Shown: positions 37,431 to 47,109 of the stretch, piece by piece | Layout: every line of letters starts with the position of its first letter | Numbering within the stretch: the first letter of the stretch is position 1 | Assembly (NCBI GenBank): GCA_937879955.1 | Contig: CALFMK010000001.1 | Coordinates: 442,356-506,355 of the forward strand | Length of the DNA: 64,000 bases | Direction: 5' to 3' | DNA from: an uncultured bacterium | GTDB lineage: Bacteria; Patescibacteriota; Minisyncoccia; Phycocordibacterales; Phycocordibacteraceae | Notes under the pieces: model-generated | The model's input: only the letters and a program-made list of their open reading frames with translations | Told to the model about the DNA's origin: nothing | The model's database searches: none | Translations under genes and position numbers: made by a program

Positions 37431-39287
37431 ATGAGCGCTATGGCGAATACCATCGATCCTACGAAAGGGACTCTTCCACAGAAGACGACTCCCGAGCAGA
37501 CGGCCGCCGGGATGACGGCAGCATTGTCTGACCGCTCGCAGTACATCCGCACCATGGCGAAGGACATGGCCGCGCTCAGCGGTACGCAACCAGCACCCGC
37601 GCCCGCACGGCGTGAGGAGAAAAAGAAGAACGAGGAGACCTTCAGTGGCGTCACGACAGAGAAGCACGAAGAGCCGTTCTTCGAGCGCACGCGCCCGGCA
37701 TATGAAGACCGTCCGAAGGAATCCGTCGCGCTTCCAACGATGGAAGACGCCTCATCGATCGTGAGCAGCGAGTCCGCAACACCCACACCCCCTGCGCCTG
37801 CTACCTCCATGGCGCCGATAAAGCCCATCGCGCCGACAGCGAACGTCGAGGCGAGCAGGACCGCCATCCTCGAACGCCTGCGGCGGAAGGTCGAGGATAG
37901 TGCTCAGATATCGATCGAACGCACTCCCGAGCCGCTCAAGTCAGAGGTTCCGTCCGCAAGCGTTCCGGAAGAGCCGAAAGAGAAGCAGTGGCCGGATATT
38001 CCCACGCCGCCTCCGAGCTTCGCACCCATCGCTCCAAAGCAGAAGGCCGCGATTCCAGAGCCGATCGTGGCGGCGCCGGCCGCACCCAAGATTGTGGAGC
38101 CCGTTCCGGTTCCTCCGCCGATAGTTTCAGCTCCTGAACCGATTCCTGCGCAGCCCATGGCACCGAAGCCTGAGCCGCTTGCGCCACAGGCCGCACCCGA
38201 AGCAGCATGGCGTGACATCCCGTCGCCCGCACCTGCCTTCGCGCCGCTGTCCGAGCCTCAGCAGCCTGCGATTGCGACACCGAGAGAGACATACCGCGAA
38301 CCTATCGACGCATACGTCCCTGCGCGACCGATCCAGCCGCCAGCTGGCCCGACGCCATTCCATACCTATACCAGCGATTTCGCGAATCGCATCGACTCGC
38401 AAGGATCCTCGGCATTCTCCGTGCTCGCTGCCGAGCAGGATAGCGGCACCCCGGCCGCGCCCGTATCCAAGAGACGCGTCGCGCCCTCTCGCGCGGTCGT
38501 GATGGTCGCGACCGGCATCGTGCTCCTCGTGCTCGCCGGGGGCGGAGCGTTCGCGGCGTACCAGTTCGTGATGACGATGCGCAATACGCCGATCGCATCC
38601 ATAACCGTCCCCTCCATCGTCTTCGCAGACGAGTATCGCGAGCTCGAGGGGAGCGGAAACGCGCTCCTCGGGTCACTCGCCGCCGCGGGCAACGGCGCGC
38701 TCGTTCCCGGAAACGTGCTTGTCACGTACATGCTCGCGCCTGCCAGCGGCGAGGGCGAAGGGCTCATAACCGCGCCCGCAGGAGGGGACGTCTTCATGCG
38801 TGCGCTCCAGCTCCCGATGCCGGACATCCTGCTCCGGAATATCGCGAAGGAGAGCACGATAGGCGTCATCAACGCAGGCGACACGACCGCGCCATTCTTC
38901 GCGCTGCGCGTAGATTCCTACGAGCGCACCTACGCCGGCATGCTCACCTGGGAACCGCTCCTTGCGCGCGACCTCGCGCTCCTGTACCCGCTCTATCCGG
39001 TGATGGAGGCGCCTGTCCTTGACCCGACCCCGGCCGTCTCGACATCCACCGCGTCATCGACCCTCGCCGCGAGCCCGACCGTCCCTGCTGTAACATCAGC
39101 CCCCGTGCAGGCGACCGCCCGCACCCGCTTCGAAGACGCGATCGTCTCGAATCATGACGTGCGCGTCCTACGCGACACGGACGGACGATCGCTCATCCTC
39201 TACGGATATGCCGACAAGCGCACGCTCCTGATCGTCCGCGACGAGGCGAGCTTCGAGGCGCTCCTCGCACGCTTGAAAGCAGAGTAG
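37431..39287 (+). CDS. Pro/Ala-rich single-pass membrane protein, hypothetical
   Basis: Long PAP/PEP-rich low-complexity N-terminal half, TM helix VVMVATGIVLLVLAGGGAFAAYQFV, globular C-terminal half; the track start at 37365 lies inside the upstream hairpin; TATAAT at 37423. Confidence 0.55.
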   Translation: MSAMANTIDPTKGTLPQKTTPEQTAAGMTAALSDRSQYIRTMAKDMAALSGTQPAPAPARREEKKKNEETFSGVTTEKHEEPFFERTRPAYEDRPKESVALPTMEDASSIVSSESATPTPPAPATSMAPIKPIAPTANVEASRTAILERLRRKVEDSAQISIERTPEPLKSEVPSASVPEEPKEKQWPDIPTPPPSFAPIAPKQKAAIPEPIVAAPAAPKIVEPVPVPPPIVSAPEPIPAQPMAPKPEPLAPQAAPEAAWRDIPSPAPAFAPLSEPQQPAIATPRETYREPIDAYVPARPIQPPAGPTPFHTYTSDFANRIDSQGSSAFSVLAAEQDSGTPAAPVSKRRVAPSRAVVMVATGIVLLVLAGGGAFAAYQFVMTMRNTPIASITVPSIVFADEYRELEGSGNALLGSLAAAGNGALVPGNVLVTYMLAPASGEGEGLITAPAGGDVFMRALQLPMPDILLRNIAKESTIGVINAGDTTAPFFALRVDSYERTYAGMLTWEPLLARDLALLYPLYPVMEAPVLDPTPAVSTSTASSTLAASPTVPAVTSAPVQATARTRFEDAIVSNHDVRVLRDTDGRSLILYGYADKRTLLIVRDEASFEALLARLKAE

Positions 39288-39335
39288 GGGACAGGAAGGG
39301 CCTTTGGCGCCGGTATCCGTGGTACAGTACCGGCC

Positions 39336-39689
39336 ATGAATACTGACCATTTCCGCACCCGCCTTACCGAAGAGAAAGCGATGCTCGAAGCCGAGCTCGC
39401 GACGGTAGGTCGCAAGAATCCGAGCAACCCAGGAGACTGGGAGGCCGTGCCTGAAGACGCGAGCATGGAGGCCGACCCTAACGATCAGGCCGACCAGATG
39501 GAAGAGTTCGGCAACAACAACGCCATCCTCACGGATCTTGAGCTCAGGCTCGCAGACGTAAACGCCGCGCTCGCACGCCTCGATGAGGGTACGTATGGCA
39601 CCTGCATCGTATCGGGGGAGGAGATTGAGGAGGATCGCCTCGAGGCCGATCCTGCGGCGCCTACCTGCAAGGCTCACATGAACGGCTAG
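39336..39689 (+). CDS. DksA/TraR-family zinc-finger protein
   Basis: 117 aa; coiled-coil N-terminus with acidic tip (EADPNDQADQMEE), C-terminal C..I.GEEI...RL...P....C region. Confidence 0.75.
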   Translation: MNTDHFRTRLTEEKAMLEAELATVGRKNPSNPGDWEAVPEDASMEADPNDQADQMEEFGNNNAILTDLELRLADVNAALARLDEGTYGTCIVSGEEIEEDRLEADPAAPTCKAHMNG

Positions 39690-39690
39690 T

Positions 39691-40392
39691 ATGGAGAAGC
39701 TCTCGGTCAAATCCTGCATAGCGTACGGCTGGAAGACCTTTTGGTCCCGCCCATGGTTGTTCGTGCTCGCCGGCGCCATCACGTTCGCCGTGAACGCCAT
39801 CTTCTCGATCCCGGAAGAGATCCTAAACAGCGCATCGGAAGCGGCAGCTGGGGGCGCAGGCGCACAGCTCGCGCTGTTCTCCGTCGTCTTCAGCGTCATG
39901 AGCATCATCGTCTCCATCTATATACAGATAGGGACGACGAACTTCACGCTCAGGGCGCATGACGACGTCACGAACGCGCATGTGCGCGACCTGCTCATGC
40001 TCAAGGGATTCTGGCGCTATGTCGGCGCGAGCATCCTCGTCTTTCTCGCGGTGATCGCGGGCCTCATCCTGCTTATCGTGCCGGGCATCATTCTCGCGCT
40101 CGCGCTCTCGTTCGTGACGTACCTCGTCGTCGACAAGGGGCTCGGACCGGTCTCCGCATTCAAGGAGAGCATGGCTATCACGAAGGGGAACCGCTGGAGC
40201 CTCTTCGTCCTCGGGCTTGCGATCTTCGGCCTGAACCTGCTCGGCCTTCTCGCGCTCGTGATCGGACTCGTCGTTACGATCCCGGTCTCGATGCTCGCGA
40301 GCATCCATGCATATCGACTTCTCTCAGGAAGCCCGGTAGTGGCTGACACGGAAATCATCGTGGAGACTATTACCGAGACGGTTACCGCGTAG
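39691..40392 (+). CDS. Polytopic membrane protein, hypothetical
   Basis: 233 aa, 5-6 TM helices; start overlaps the preceding stop by 1 nt. Confidence 0.6.
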   Translation: MEKLSVKSCIAYGWKTFWSRPWLFVLAGAITFAVNAIFSIPEEILNSASEAAAGGAGAQLALFSVVFSVMSIIVSIYIQIGTTNFTLRAHDDVTNAHVRDLLMLKGFWRYVGASILVFLAVIAGLILLIVPGIILALALSFVTYLVVDKGLGPVSAFKESMAITKGNRWSLFVLGLAIFGLNLLGLLALVIGLVVTIPVSMLASIHAYRLLSGSPVVADTEIIVETITETVTA

Positions 40393-40409
40393 AACCGACA
40401 GTATCGAAT

Positions 40410-40439
40410 GAGAAAGGCCCGCATATGCGGGCCTTTCTC
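40410..40439. terminator. Perfect 30-nt palindromic bidirectional terminator
   Basis: gagaaaggcccgcatatgcgggcctttctc between convergent genes. Confidence 0.7.
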
Positions 40440-40456
40440 ATTCATATACCCGGCTT

Positions 40457-41629
40457 CTACGAGCCAAACGGGTTCTTCGCACCGCGGACCTCAAAATGGA
40501 GGTGGTAGCCGGTCGCCTGGCCGGTGTTCCCGACGGTACCGATGTTCTGGCCGCGCGAGACCGTCTCGCCGACCGATACGCCGTCGGTGCTCATGTGCGC
40601 GTAGAGCGTCTGGACGCCGTTGCCATGATCGATCACGACGTAGTTGCCGTATCCGCCGTTCCAGCCGCCGACGCGGGATACGATGACCGTACCAGCCGCC
40701 GCGGCATAGATAGGGGAGCCCTGCGGTGCCGCGAGATCGACGCCGTTCCAGCCATGGATGCTCTGGGAGAGGCGGCCTGCAGGCGCCGGGTTCGCGAACG
40801 AGCTCGAGAACGAGTCGTCAGACGTGTTGCCGGTAGCCTTTACCGCACCCATCGAGCCGCCTTGCTTGATCTTCGAGGCAGCAGCGCCCGTGGACTTGGC
40901 CTTCGCCGTGGTCTTTACAGGCGTTGCCGCGAGCTCGCCGCCCGGGATGATGACCGTCGCGCCCTTCACGAGGTCGTCCACGGAGCTCATGCCGTTATAG
41001 GAGGCGATCTCCTCGGCGTCGGAACCGTACTTCTTCGCGAGCGAGGCGAGCGTATCGCCGGAAGCCACGGTATGACGGATGCCGGACACCGGAAGGATGA
41101 TGAGGGTCATGCCCGGATGCACGGCTCCCTTGCTCGTGAGGTTGTTCGCCCAGAGGATCGTGTTCATCGAGACATCGAACATGTCCGCGATGCCAGAGAG
41201 GGAATCGCCCTCGCGCACGGTGTAGGTGGAAATGCGACCAGAACCGTTCGAGCGGTCGATATCGGCGATGGTGCCGTCAGGACCCGTGTAAGCGATGAGC
41301 GCAGAGCCGTCGGTAAGGCTGATGCCACCACGGCCCTTGGCAGGGTTCGGGTCAGGGTTAACCGCCGCCTGGAGGAGGTCCAGGCTGCTGTCATGAAGCA
41401 CAGGCACGGTCGAAGCGCCTTCCGAAGCGTTCGTTACGGAAAATGGCCAGAATGCGCCAGCGGCGCGTGGCATGAGGGTGATTCCTATCCCCAGAAGGAG
41501 GCTTGCGGCGATTAGAGCGCCAGGAATCCAGTATGCATTCCGGTCTGCTGCCGAGGCAGTTCGAACGGAAAGGTTCTGAGGGTCAATGATAGGGAACCAA
41601 GGGATCTTCAGCGTTTCTTCAGAATACAA
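40457..41629 (-). CDS. LysM-domain (x2) M23-family peptidoglycan endopeptidase
   Basis: Two LysM repeats (YTVREGDSLSGIA..., HTVASGDTLASLAKKYG); M23 motifs HxxxD...YAHMS...GYHLHFE. Confidence 0.88.
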   Translation of the reverse strand: MYSEETLKIPWFPIIDPQNLSVRTASAADRNAYWIPGALIAASLLLGIGITLMPRAAGAFWPFSVTNASEGASTVPVLHDSSLDLLQAAVNPDPNPAKGRGGISLTDGSALIAYTGPDGTIADIDRSNGSGRISTYTVREGDSLSGIADMFDVSMNTILWANNLTSKGAVHPGMTLIILPVSGIRHTVASGDTLASLAKKYGSDAEEIASYNGMSSVDDLVKGATVIIPGGELAATPVKTTAKAKSTGAAASKIKQGGSMGAVKATGNTSDDSFSSSFANPAPAGRLSQSIHGWNGVDLAAPQGSPIYAAAAGTVIVSRVGGWNGGYGNYVVIDHGNGVQTLYAHMSTDGVSVGETVSRGQNIGTVGNTGQATGYHLHFEVRGAKNPFGS

Positions 41630-41803
41630 AAATGGCTTACATAAGCCATTTCTTGAGTATCAGGCAATCAATCGATGAAGGTAGTATAAACGCTCCAGGG
41701 GCATGGTCAACCGCCCATTATGAAGACTGTTGAGAGTGCATTTTCAGAGTATTTTGGTCCGATTTCACGCATTTTAGGGGGACAGAAGGGTGCCGCGGTA
41801 TAG

Positions 41804-43720
41804 TTGCTTTCTATGCAGCACCTTGAAGGATTGAACCCGGCACAGAGAGAAGCGGTCCTCGCAACCTCAGGACCCGTATCGGTCCTCGCCGGCGCCGGAT
41901 CCGGCAAGACCCGGGTGCTCACGACCCGCATCTACCACCTCATCAAGGAAGGGGTGCCTGCCCACAAGATCCTGGCCGTCACCTTCACCAACAAGGCCGC
42001 CCGCGAGATGAAGGAGCGCCTCGCGCACCGCCTCGGGGACAGCCCGCTGCCGTTCGTCGCCACGTTCCACGGGCTCGGACGGGAGATCCTGCAGCGATAC
42101 GGCGAGCGCATCGGGATCCCGAAGTATTTCACGATATTCGACCGCGACGATTCGAAGGCGGCGATCCGCCAGGTTCTCAAGGAGATGGACATCGATCCGA
42201 AGGAGCTGAATCCGAACTTCGTGCTGTCCCGCATCTCGAAGGAGAAGGGGGAGGGGGGCACGCCGGCGAAGTTCCGCGAGCAGCACGCCCACAAGAGCTT
42301 CCAGTCCCGCGTCATCGCGGAGGTGTGGCCGCGCTACGAGGCGATCGTCCGGAAGGAGAAGGCACTCGACTTCGACGACCTCATATCGCTCCCCGTGCAT
42401 CTCCTGCGCGATCACGAGGACATCCGGAAGCAGGCGGAGCAGCTCTACAGCCACGTGCATGTCGACGAGTTCCAGGATACGAACGGGTTGCAGGGCAAGC
42501 TCGCCGGCTATCTCTCGAACGCGCACAAGAACCTCTTCGTCGTGGGCGACATCGACCAGACGATCTATACCTGGCGCGGCGCTACGATCGAGAACCTCCT
42601 CGATTTCGAGGAGACCTACCCTGACGCGAAGACCATCGTGCTCGCGCATAACTACCGCTCCACGAAGACCATCGTGGCGGCCGGGAACCAGATCATCGAG
42701 AAGAACCAGAACCGCAAGGCGAAGCACGCGATAACGGACAACCCGGACGGGGAGCCGATACGGCTGCATGTCGCGCGGAACGCGGAGAGCGAGGCGCGCT
42801 GGGTGGCGCGCGAGGCGAGGAAGGCCATGCGCGCGGGCGTCGCGCCCGAGGAAATCGCCGTGCTCTTCCGCACGAACTTCCAGTCGCGCGCGCTTGAGGA
42901 GGCGTTCCTTTCGGAAGGCATACCGTACAAGGTCCTCGGCACGCGCTTCCTCGACCGGAAAGAAGTGAAGGACGTGCTCGCATGGGTCAGGCTCGCGCTC
43001 GACCCGGAGCGGGAAGCGGACCGGGTGCGCGCGGTCCAGGCGCCGACCCGGGGCATCGGGAAAGTGACGCTCGGCAAGCTCGTAGAGGGACGCAGGGATG
43101 AGCTAAAGCCCGCAGAGCGTACGAAAGTAGCGGCTTTCGAGGCGATTGTCACCGAGCTCAACGAGCTCTCGAAGATCGCGATACCGTCCGAGTTCGTGAA
43201 GCTCGTGATCGAGAAATCCGGAATCGCGGCGAGCCTCCAGAAGGGCGGGGACGAGGACATGGAACGTCTTGAGAACGCGAAGGAGCTCGCCACCCTCGCG
43301 AGCCGCTATGACGGGCAGCCCGGGGAGGAGGGTATCGCCGCGTTCCTCGCGGAGTCCGCGCTCGCTGGCGACCAGGACGAGCTCGATGCGCCCGGGAAGA
43401 CGGGCGCGACGCTCATGACGGTCCACGCAGCTAAAGGGCTCGAGTTCGATACGGTCTTCGTGACCGGCATGGAGGAAGGGCTCTTCCCGCATCAGGGTCA
43501 CGAAGGAGAGAAGCGCGACGAGGAAGAGGAACGTCGCCTGTTCTACGTCGCCGTGACGCGCGCGAAACGGCGCCTCGCGCTCACCCTCGCGACGGTACGA
43601 CGCATCTACGGCACCGACTTCGTATCCGAGCCATCCTCGTTCATACGCGATATCGACGACGGCCTGATACAGTTCTCGGAAGGGGACGAGCTCTACGGAG
43701 AGCGGACCATCTACATATAG
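41804..43720 (+). CDS. pcrA: ATP-dependent DNA helicase PcrA/UvrD family
   Basis: 638 aa; Walker A GAGSGKT, DEFQDTN, remaining helicase motifs and 2B domain. Confidence 0.92.
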   Translation: MLSMQHLEGLNPAQREAVLATSGPVSVLAGAGSGKTRVLTTRIYHLIKEGVPAHKILAVTFTNKAAREMKERLAHRLGDSPLPFVATFHGLGREILQRYGERIGIPKYFTIFDRDDSKAAIRQVLKEMDIDPKELNPNFVLSRISKEKGEGGTPAKFREQHAHKSFQSRVIAEVWPRYEAIVRKEKALDFDDLISLPVHLLRDHEDIRKQAEQLYSHVHVDEFQDTNGLQGKLAGYLSNAHKNLFVVGDIDQTIYTWRGATIENLLDFEETYPDAKTIVLAHNYRSTKTIVAAGNQIIEKNQNRKAKHAITDNPDGEPIRLHVARNAESEARWVAREARKAMRAGVAPEEIAVLFRTNFQSRALEEAFLSEGIPYKVLGTRFLDRKEVKDVLAWVRLALDPEREADRVRAVQAPTRGIGKVTLGKLVEGRRDELKPAERTKVAAFEAIVTELNELSKIAIPSEFVKLVIEKSGIAASLQKGGDEDMERLENAKELATLASRYDGQPGEEGIAAFLAESALAGDQDELDAPGKTGATLMTVHAAKGLEFDTVFVTGMEEGLFPHQGHEGEKRDEEEERRLFYVAVTRAKRRLALTLATVRRIYGTDFVSEPSSFIRDIDDGLIQFSEGDELYGERTIYI

Positions 43721-43722
43721 CC

Positions 43723-44523
43723 ATGGCATTCGCCAAAAAATCCCTCGGACAGAACTTCCTCATGCATCGGCAGACCGCCGAGCGCATCGTGAAGGCAGCC
43801 GATCTTCCGGATGGCGCGCTCGTGCTCGAGGTGGGTCCCGGCACCGGCATGCTCACGAAGGAGCTGCTCGCTCTCGGCTATCGCGTGCTCGCGGTCGAGG
43901 CCGACTTCGCACTCATTCCTGAGCTCGAGAGCACGTTCGAGAAGGAGATAGGGGAGGGAAGAATCACCATCCTCGCCGCTGACATCCGCTCGTTCGATAC
44001 GGAGACGATACGGGAGCCGTACCATGTGGTAGCGAACATCCCGTACTACATCACCGGCGAGATCATCCGCCAGTTCCTCACCGCCCCGAACCAGCCAGCG
44101 TCCATGACCCTCCTCGTCCAGAAAGAAGTCGCCGAGCGCGTCGCTCGAGCGAACAAAGAGAGCCTGCTTTCACTGTCTGTGAAGGCCTATGGGACGCCGA
44201 AGTTCTGCTTCGTCGTGCCGCGCGGCGCCTTCGTACCAGCCCCGAACGTCGATTCGGCCGTACTCCGGATAAGTGCCATAAGCCGAACATCCTTCTCGGA
44301 CAAGGAAGAGGAGGACGCCTTCTTCGCCATGCTCCATGCCGGATTCGCCCATAAGAGGAAACGCCTGGCGAAAAATCTCGAGGAGTACGCACCAAAGGAG
44401 GAGATAGTGAGCGCGTTTTCCGAGATTGACCTCGACCAGAACGTGCGAGCCGAGGACCTCACGCTTCCGACCTGGTTCGCGCTTCTCGCACGGATCAGAC
44501 CCTCAGGAAAGAAAGGTATTTAA
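43723..44523 (+). CDS. rsmA: 16S rRNA (adenine1518/1519-N6)-dimethyltransferase
   Basis: 266 aa; LGQNFL...VLEVGPGTG...NIPY. Confidence 0.92.
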   Translation: MAFAKKSLGQNFLMHRQTAERIVKAADLPDGALVLEVGPGTGMLTKELLALGYRVLAVEADFALIPELESTFEKEIGEGRITILAADIRSFDTETIREPYHVVANIPYYITGEIIRQFLTAPNQPASMTLLVQKEVAERVARANKESLLSLSVKAYGTPKFCFVVPRGAFVPAPNVDSAVLRISAISRTSFSDKEEEDAFFAMLHAGFAHKRKRLAKNLEEYAPKEEIVSAFSEIDLDQNVRAEDLTLPTWFALLARIRPSGKKGI

Positions 44524-44527
44524 TGCA

Positions 44528-44549
44528 CACGTACCTATATAGGTACGTG
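44528..44549. promoter_or_regulatory. Perfect 22-bp palindrome cacgtacctatataggtacgtg in the leader of the T4SS-like operon
   Basis: Lies between the rsmA stop and the first operon gene; the centre is TATATA. Confidence 0.45.
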
Positions 44550-44591
44550 AAGGGGAGGTGAGCGTGCGTGCTATGATTTCGATACGAAACT

Positions 44592-45590
44592 ATGGCTCAT
44601 TCTACCCGCACACTCCGCATCGTCCTGGCATCGGTCATCGCCGTCCTCATGGTGGGGAGCGCATACGTGTTCTCCGGCCCGAACCCGTTCTTCGGGCTCG
44701 GCCGCATAGCCGAGGCGCAGTCTTCCGAGGAGCTCCTCAAGGAATACGCCGCGAAGGATAGCGATACGGACGGGCTTCCGGACTGGCAGGAGGCGCTCTA
44801 TGGCACCGATCCGCTCAATGCGGAATCGTTCAAGGCAGGAACCAAGGACGGGGACGCGGTAGCGCAGGGCCTCGTCGAGCCCAAGGTCGCCGTACGGCCT
44901 GAGGAAGAGCCGACCGACCTCAGCAGCATCCCGGGCACGCTCCCTGCAGCGAACTCCGTGACCGACCGGTTCGCCCAGACGCTCCTGAAGAAGTACCTGC
45001 TCGGCCGTGGCGAGACGCCGCCGACAAGCGCAGAGATAGTGGCATTCGTCACCGCAAGCATCGACGACCTCGCGAACGAGAGCACGTCTCCGGTCACGTT
45101 CAAGCCCTCGGACGTTCGCGCCGGATCCGGCACCGGCACCGCTGCCATGACTACCTATGCCGCTCAGATGGAGGCCGCGTTCGCCGCGAATACGGTGCCC
45201 GCGGACAGGAACGAGCTCTCGTACTTCGCGGACGCCGTGAAGGGCGATGATTCCGCACTGAAGAAGATCGGCGACATAAGCAAGGCATACAAGAACATTG
45301 CGAGCGCGATCATGAAGATCCAGGTCCCTGCGGAAGCGCGCCAGGCGCATCTCGCGATCGCGAACGCTCTCATGCACATGAGCGAGACCAGCGGAGACAT
45401 GTCGATGATGGAGACCGATCCGGTCCGTGCGCTCATGGGCATTGGGCTCTATGAGCGCTACGCGAACGAGGTGGTAGCGGCCTTCACGAACCTCAGCGGA
45501 ATCTTCGTCGCGCAGCAGGTATCGATCCCGAGCGGAACGGAGGGATACTTTATCGTAAAGACTGCAGCCGACGCAGCTGCTAGCAAATAA
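44592..45590 (+). CDS. Membrane-anchored hypothetical protein with a thrombospondin-type-3-like Ca-binding motif (DSDTDGLPDW)
   Basis: N-terminal TM helix; first gene of the co-directional cluster. Confidence 0.55.
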   Translation: MAHSTRTLRIVLASVIAVLMVGSAYVFSGPNPFFGLGRIAEAQSSEELLKEYAAKDSDTDGLPDWQEALYGTDPLNAESFKAGTKDGDAVAQGLVEPKVAVRPEEEPTDLSSIPGTLPAANSVTDRFAQTLLKKYLLGRGETPPTSAEIVAFVTASIDDLANESTSPVTFKPSDVRAGSGTGTAAMTTYAAQMEAAFAANTVPADRNELSYFADAVKGDDSALKKIGDISKAYKNIASAIMKIQVPAEARQAHLAIANALMHMSETSGDMSMMETDPVRALMGIGLYERYANEVVAAFTNLSGIFVAQQVSIPSGTEGYFIVKTAADAAASK

Positions 45591-45593
45591 GCC

Positions 45594-47105
45594 ATGGAAC
45601 ACGACTACAGGAGATTCTGGTTCCGCGCATCGAAGGCAATCATCGCGCTCGTACTCGCCGTATCCGTCGGCAGCACCGCGCTCCCGCAGCGCGCGCACGC
45701 CATTCTCGGCGTCGGAGACGTCGTTATCGACCCGACGAACCTCGTTCAGAACACGGTCAATGCCGTGTCTTCCGCGGCAACCCACGTTAAGGAATACGTC
45801 CTCGATACGCTCGCGTGGCAGGTCGGCAACCTCGCCATCCAGTCGATGACCAAGAGCCTCGTGAACTGGATCAATTCCGGCTTCAAGGGCTCTCCCGCAT
45901 TCGTCACCGACCTCAACAGGAATCTCCAGGGGGTAGGGGACAAGGTCGCATCCGAATTCTTCGAGTCGCTCTCGAGCAATCTCGACGGCATCACGACGAC
46001 GCCGTTCCAGGACAAGGTCATCGATGCCGTGCGTCTCGGCTACTATCTCCGCACGAGCCCGGAATCGTTCTATACGAAGTATCCGTACACGCTCAACCAG
46101 GTGAGCAGCAATGATAAGGAGTTCCTGAAGGGTAAGTTCACCGAGGGCGGCTTCAACGCGTGGTTCCAGGCTACGCTCGTGCCGCAGAACAACCCGTACG
46201 GCGCGCGCGAGCTCGCGGAGAAGGTACTCTCCGAGCAGGTCGGGACCCAGGTGCAGATCCGCACGCGTGAGCTCGACTGGGGCAAGGGGTTCCTCTCATG
46301 GAGAGGGGACTGCGTCGCGACGACGCGCTCCGTGAGCGCCGCGGCTGACGCCATGAACGCTACCGGCGACGAGGAGCCGGTCGACCTCAGCGGCGAGGAC
46401 GAGTGCCTCGGCTATGAGGTGAAGACCCCGGGCTCGGTCATCATGGAAGCGATCCCGAACAGCATGCAGGCGAATATGAACCGGCTCGTGTCGGCTGATG
46501 AGCTCAATGAGATCGTCGGCGCGCTCATGAACCAGCTCATCGGCCAGGTGCTCGGCAGCGGCAGCGGGGGAGGAGGGCTCAGCGGCCTATCGCGCCCTTC
46601 GGCAGGCGGCGGCGCATCCGTTCTCGATCAGGCCACTGATTCCTCTCAGGCAGGAAGCACCCAGGGTATCAGCAGTACTTTCGCCGCGACCCTCAGCAAC
46701 CAGCGCAAGTACGTCGCGGAGTATCAGGCAGGATGGGATACGATCCGCACGGCGGCCCAGGCCGTGCCGCAGCGCTGCTCGACGAGCGGTTCCCCGTCCC
46801 CGCAGGATCTCATAGCGCGCTCGGGAGAAGCGCTCGTGCAGGCCGCGAACGGACTCGCCGCGCTCGACGCGCTCCAGACTCGCCTTACTGCAGCCCTCGA
46901 CGCAGGCGGCAGCCAGACTACGACCCTCCTCGCGATATCGGAGGACTATAACGAGCTCACCAGTTCGGATACGCTCCCGAGCGCCGAGGCTATTGCCGAA
47001 GCGCAGACAGAATCGAAGGACAGCGGGCAAAGCGAGCAGGTATCCTTCTACACCCAGATGACGCGTCTCGCATCGAGCCGCACCTGCGACGTCTCGGACG
47101 AATAA
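45594..47105 (+). CDS. Secreted hypothetical protein (503 aa) with a Gly/Ser-rich segment
   Basis: Signal peptide ...ALPQRAHA; no recognisable motif; 3 nt after the upstream gene. Confidence 0.55.
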   Translation: MEHDYRRFWFRASKAIIALVLAVSVGSTALPQRAHAILGVGDVVIDPTNLVQNTVNAVSSAATHVKEYVLDTLAWQVGNLAIQSMTKSLVNWINSGFKGSPAFVTDLNRNLQGVGDKVASEFFESLSSNLDGITTTPFQDKVIDAVRLGYYLRTSPESFYTKYPYTLNQVSSNDKEFLKGKFTEGGFNAWFQATLVPQNNPYGARELAEKVLSEQVGTQVQIRTRELDWGKGFLSWRGDCVATTRSVSAAADAMNATGDEEPVDLSGEDECLGYEVKTPGSVIMEAIPNSMQANMNRLVSADELNEIVGALMNQLIGQVLGSGSGGGGLSGLSRPSAGGGASVLDQATDSSQAGSTQGISSTFAATLSNQRKYVAEYQAGWDTIRTAAQAVPQRCSTSGSPSPQDLIARSGEALVQAANGLAALDALQTRLTAALDAGGSQTTTLLAISEDYNELTSSDTLPSAEAIAEAQTESKDSGQSEQVSFYTQMTRLASSRTCDVSDE

Positions 47106-47109
47106 CGCC

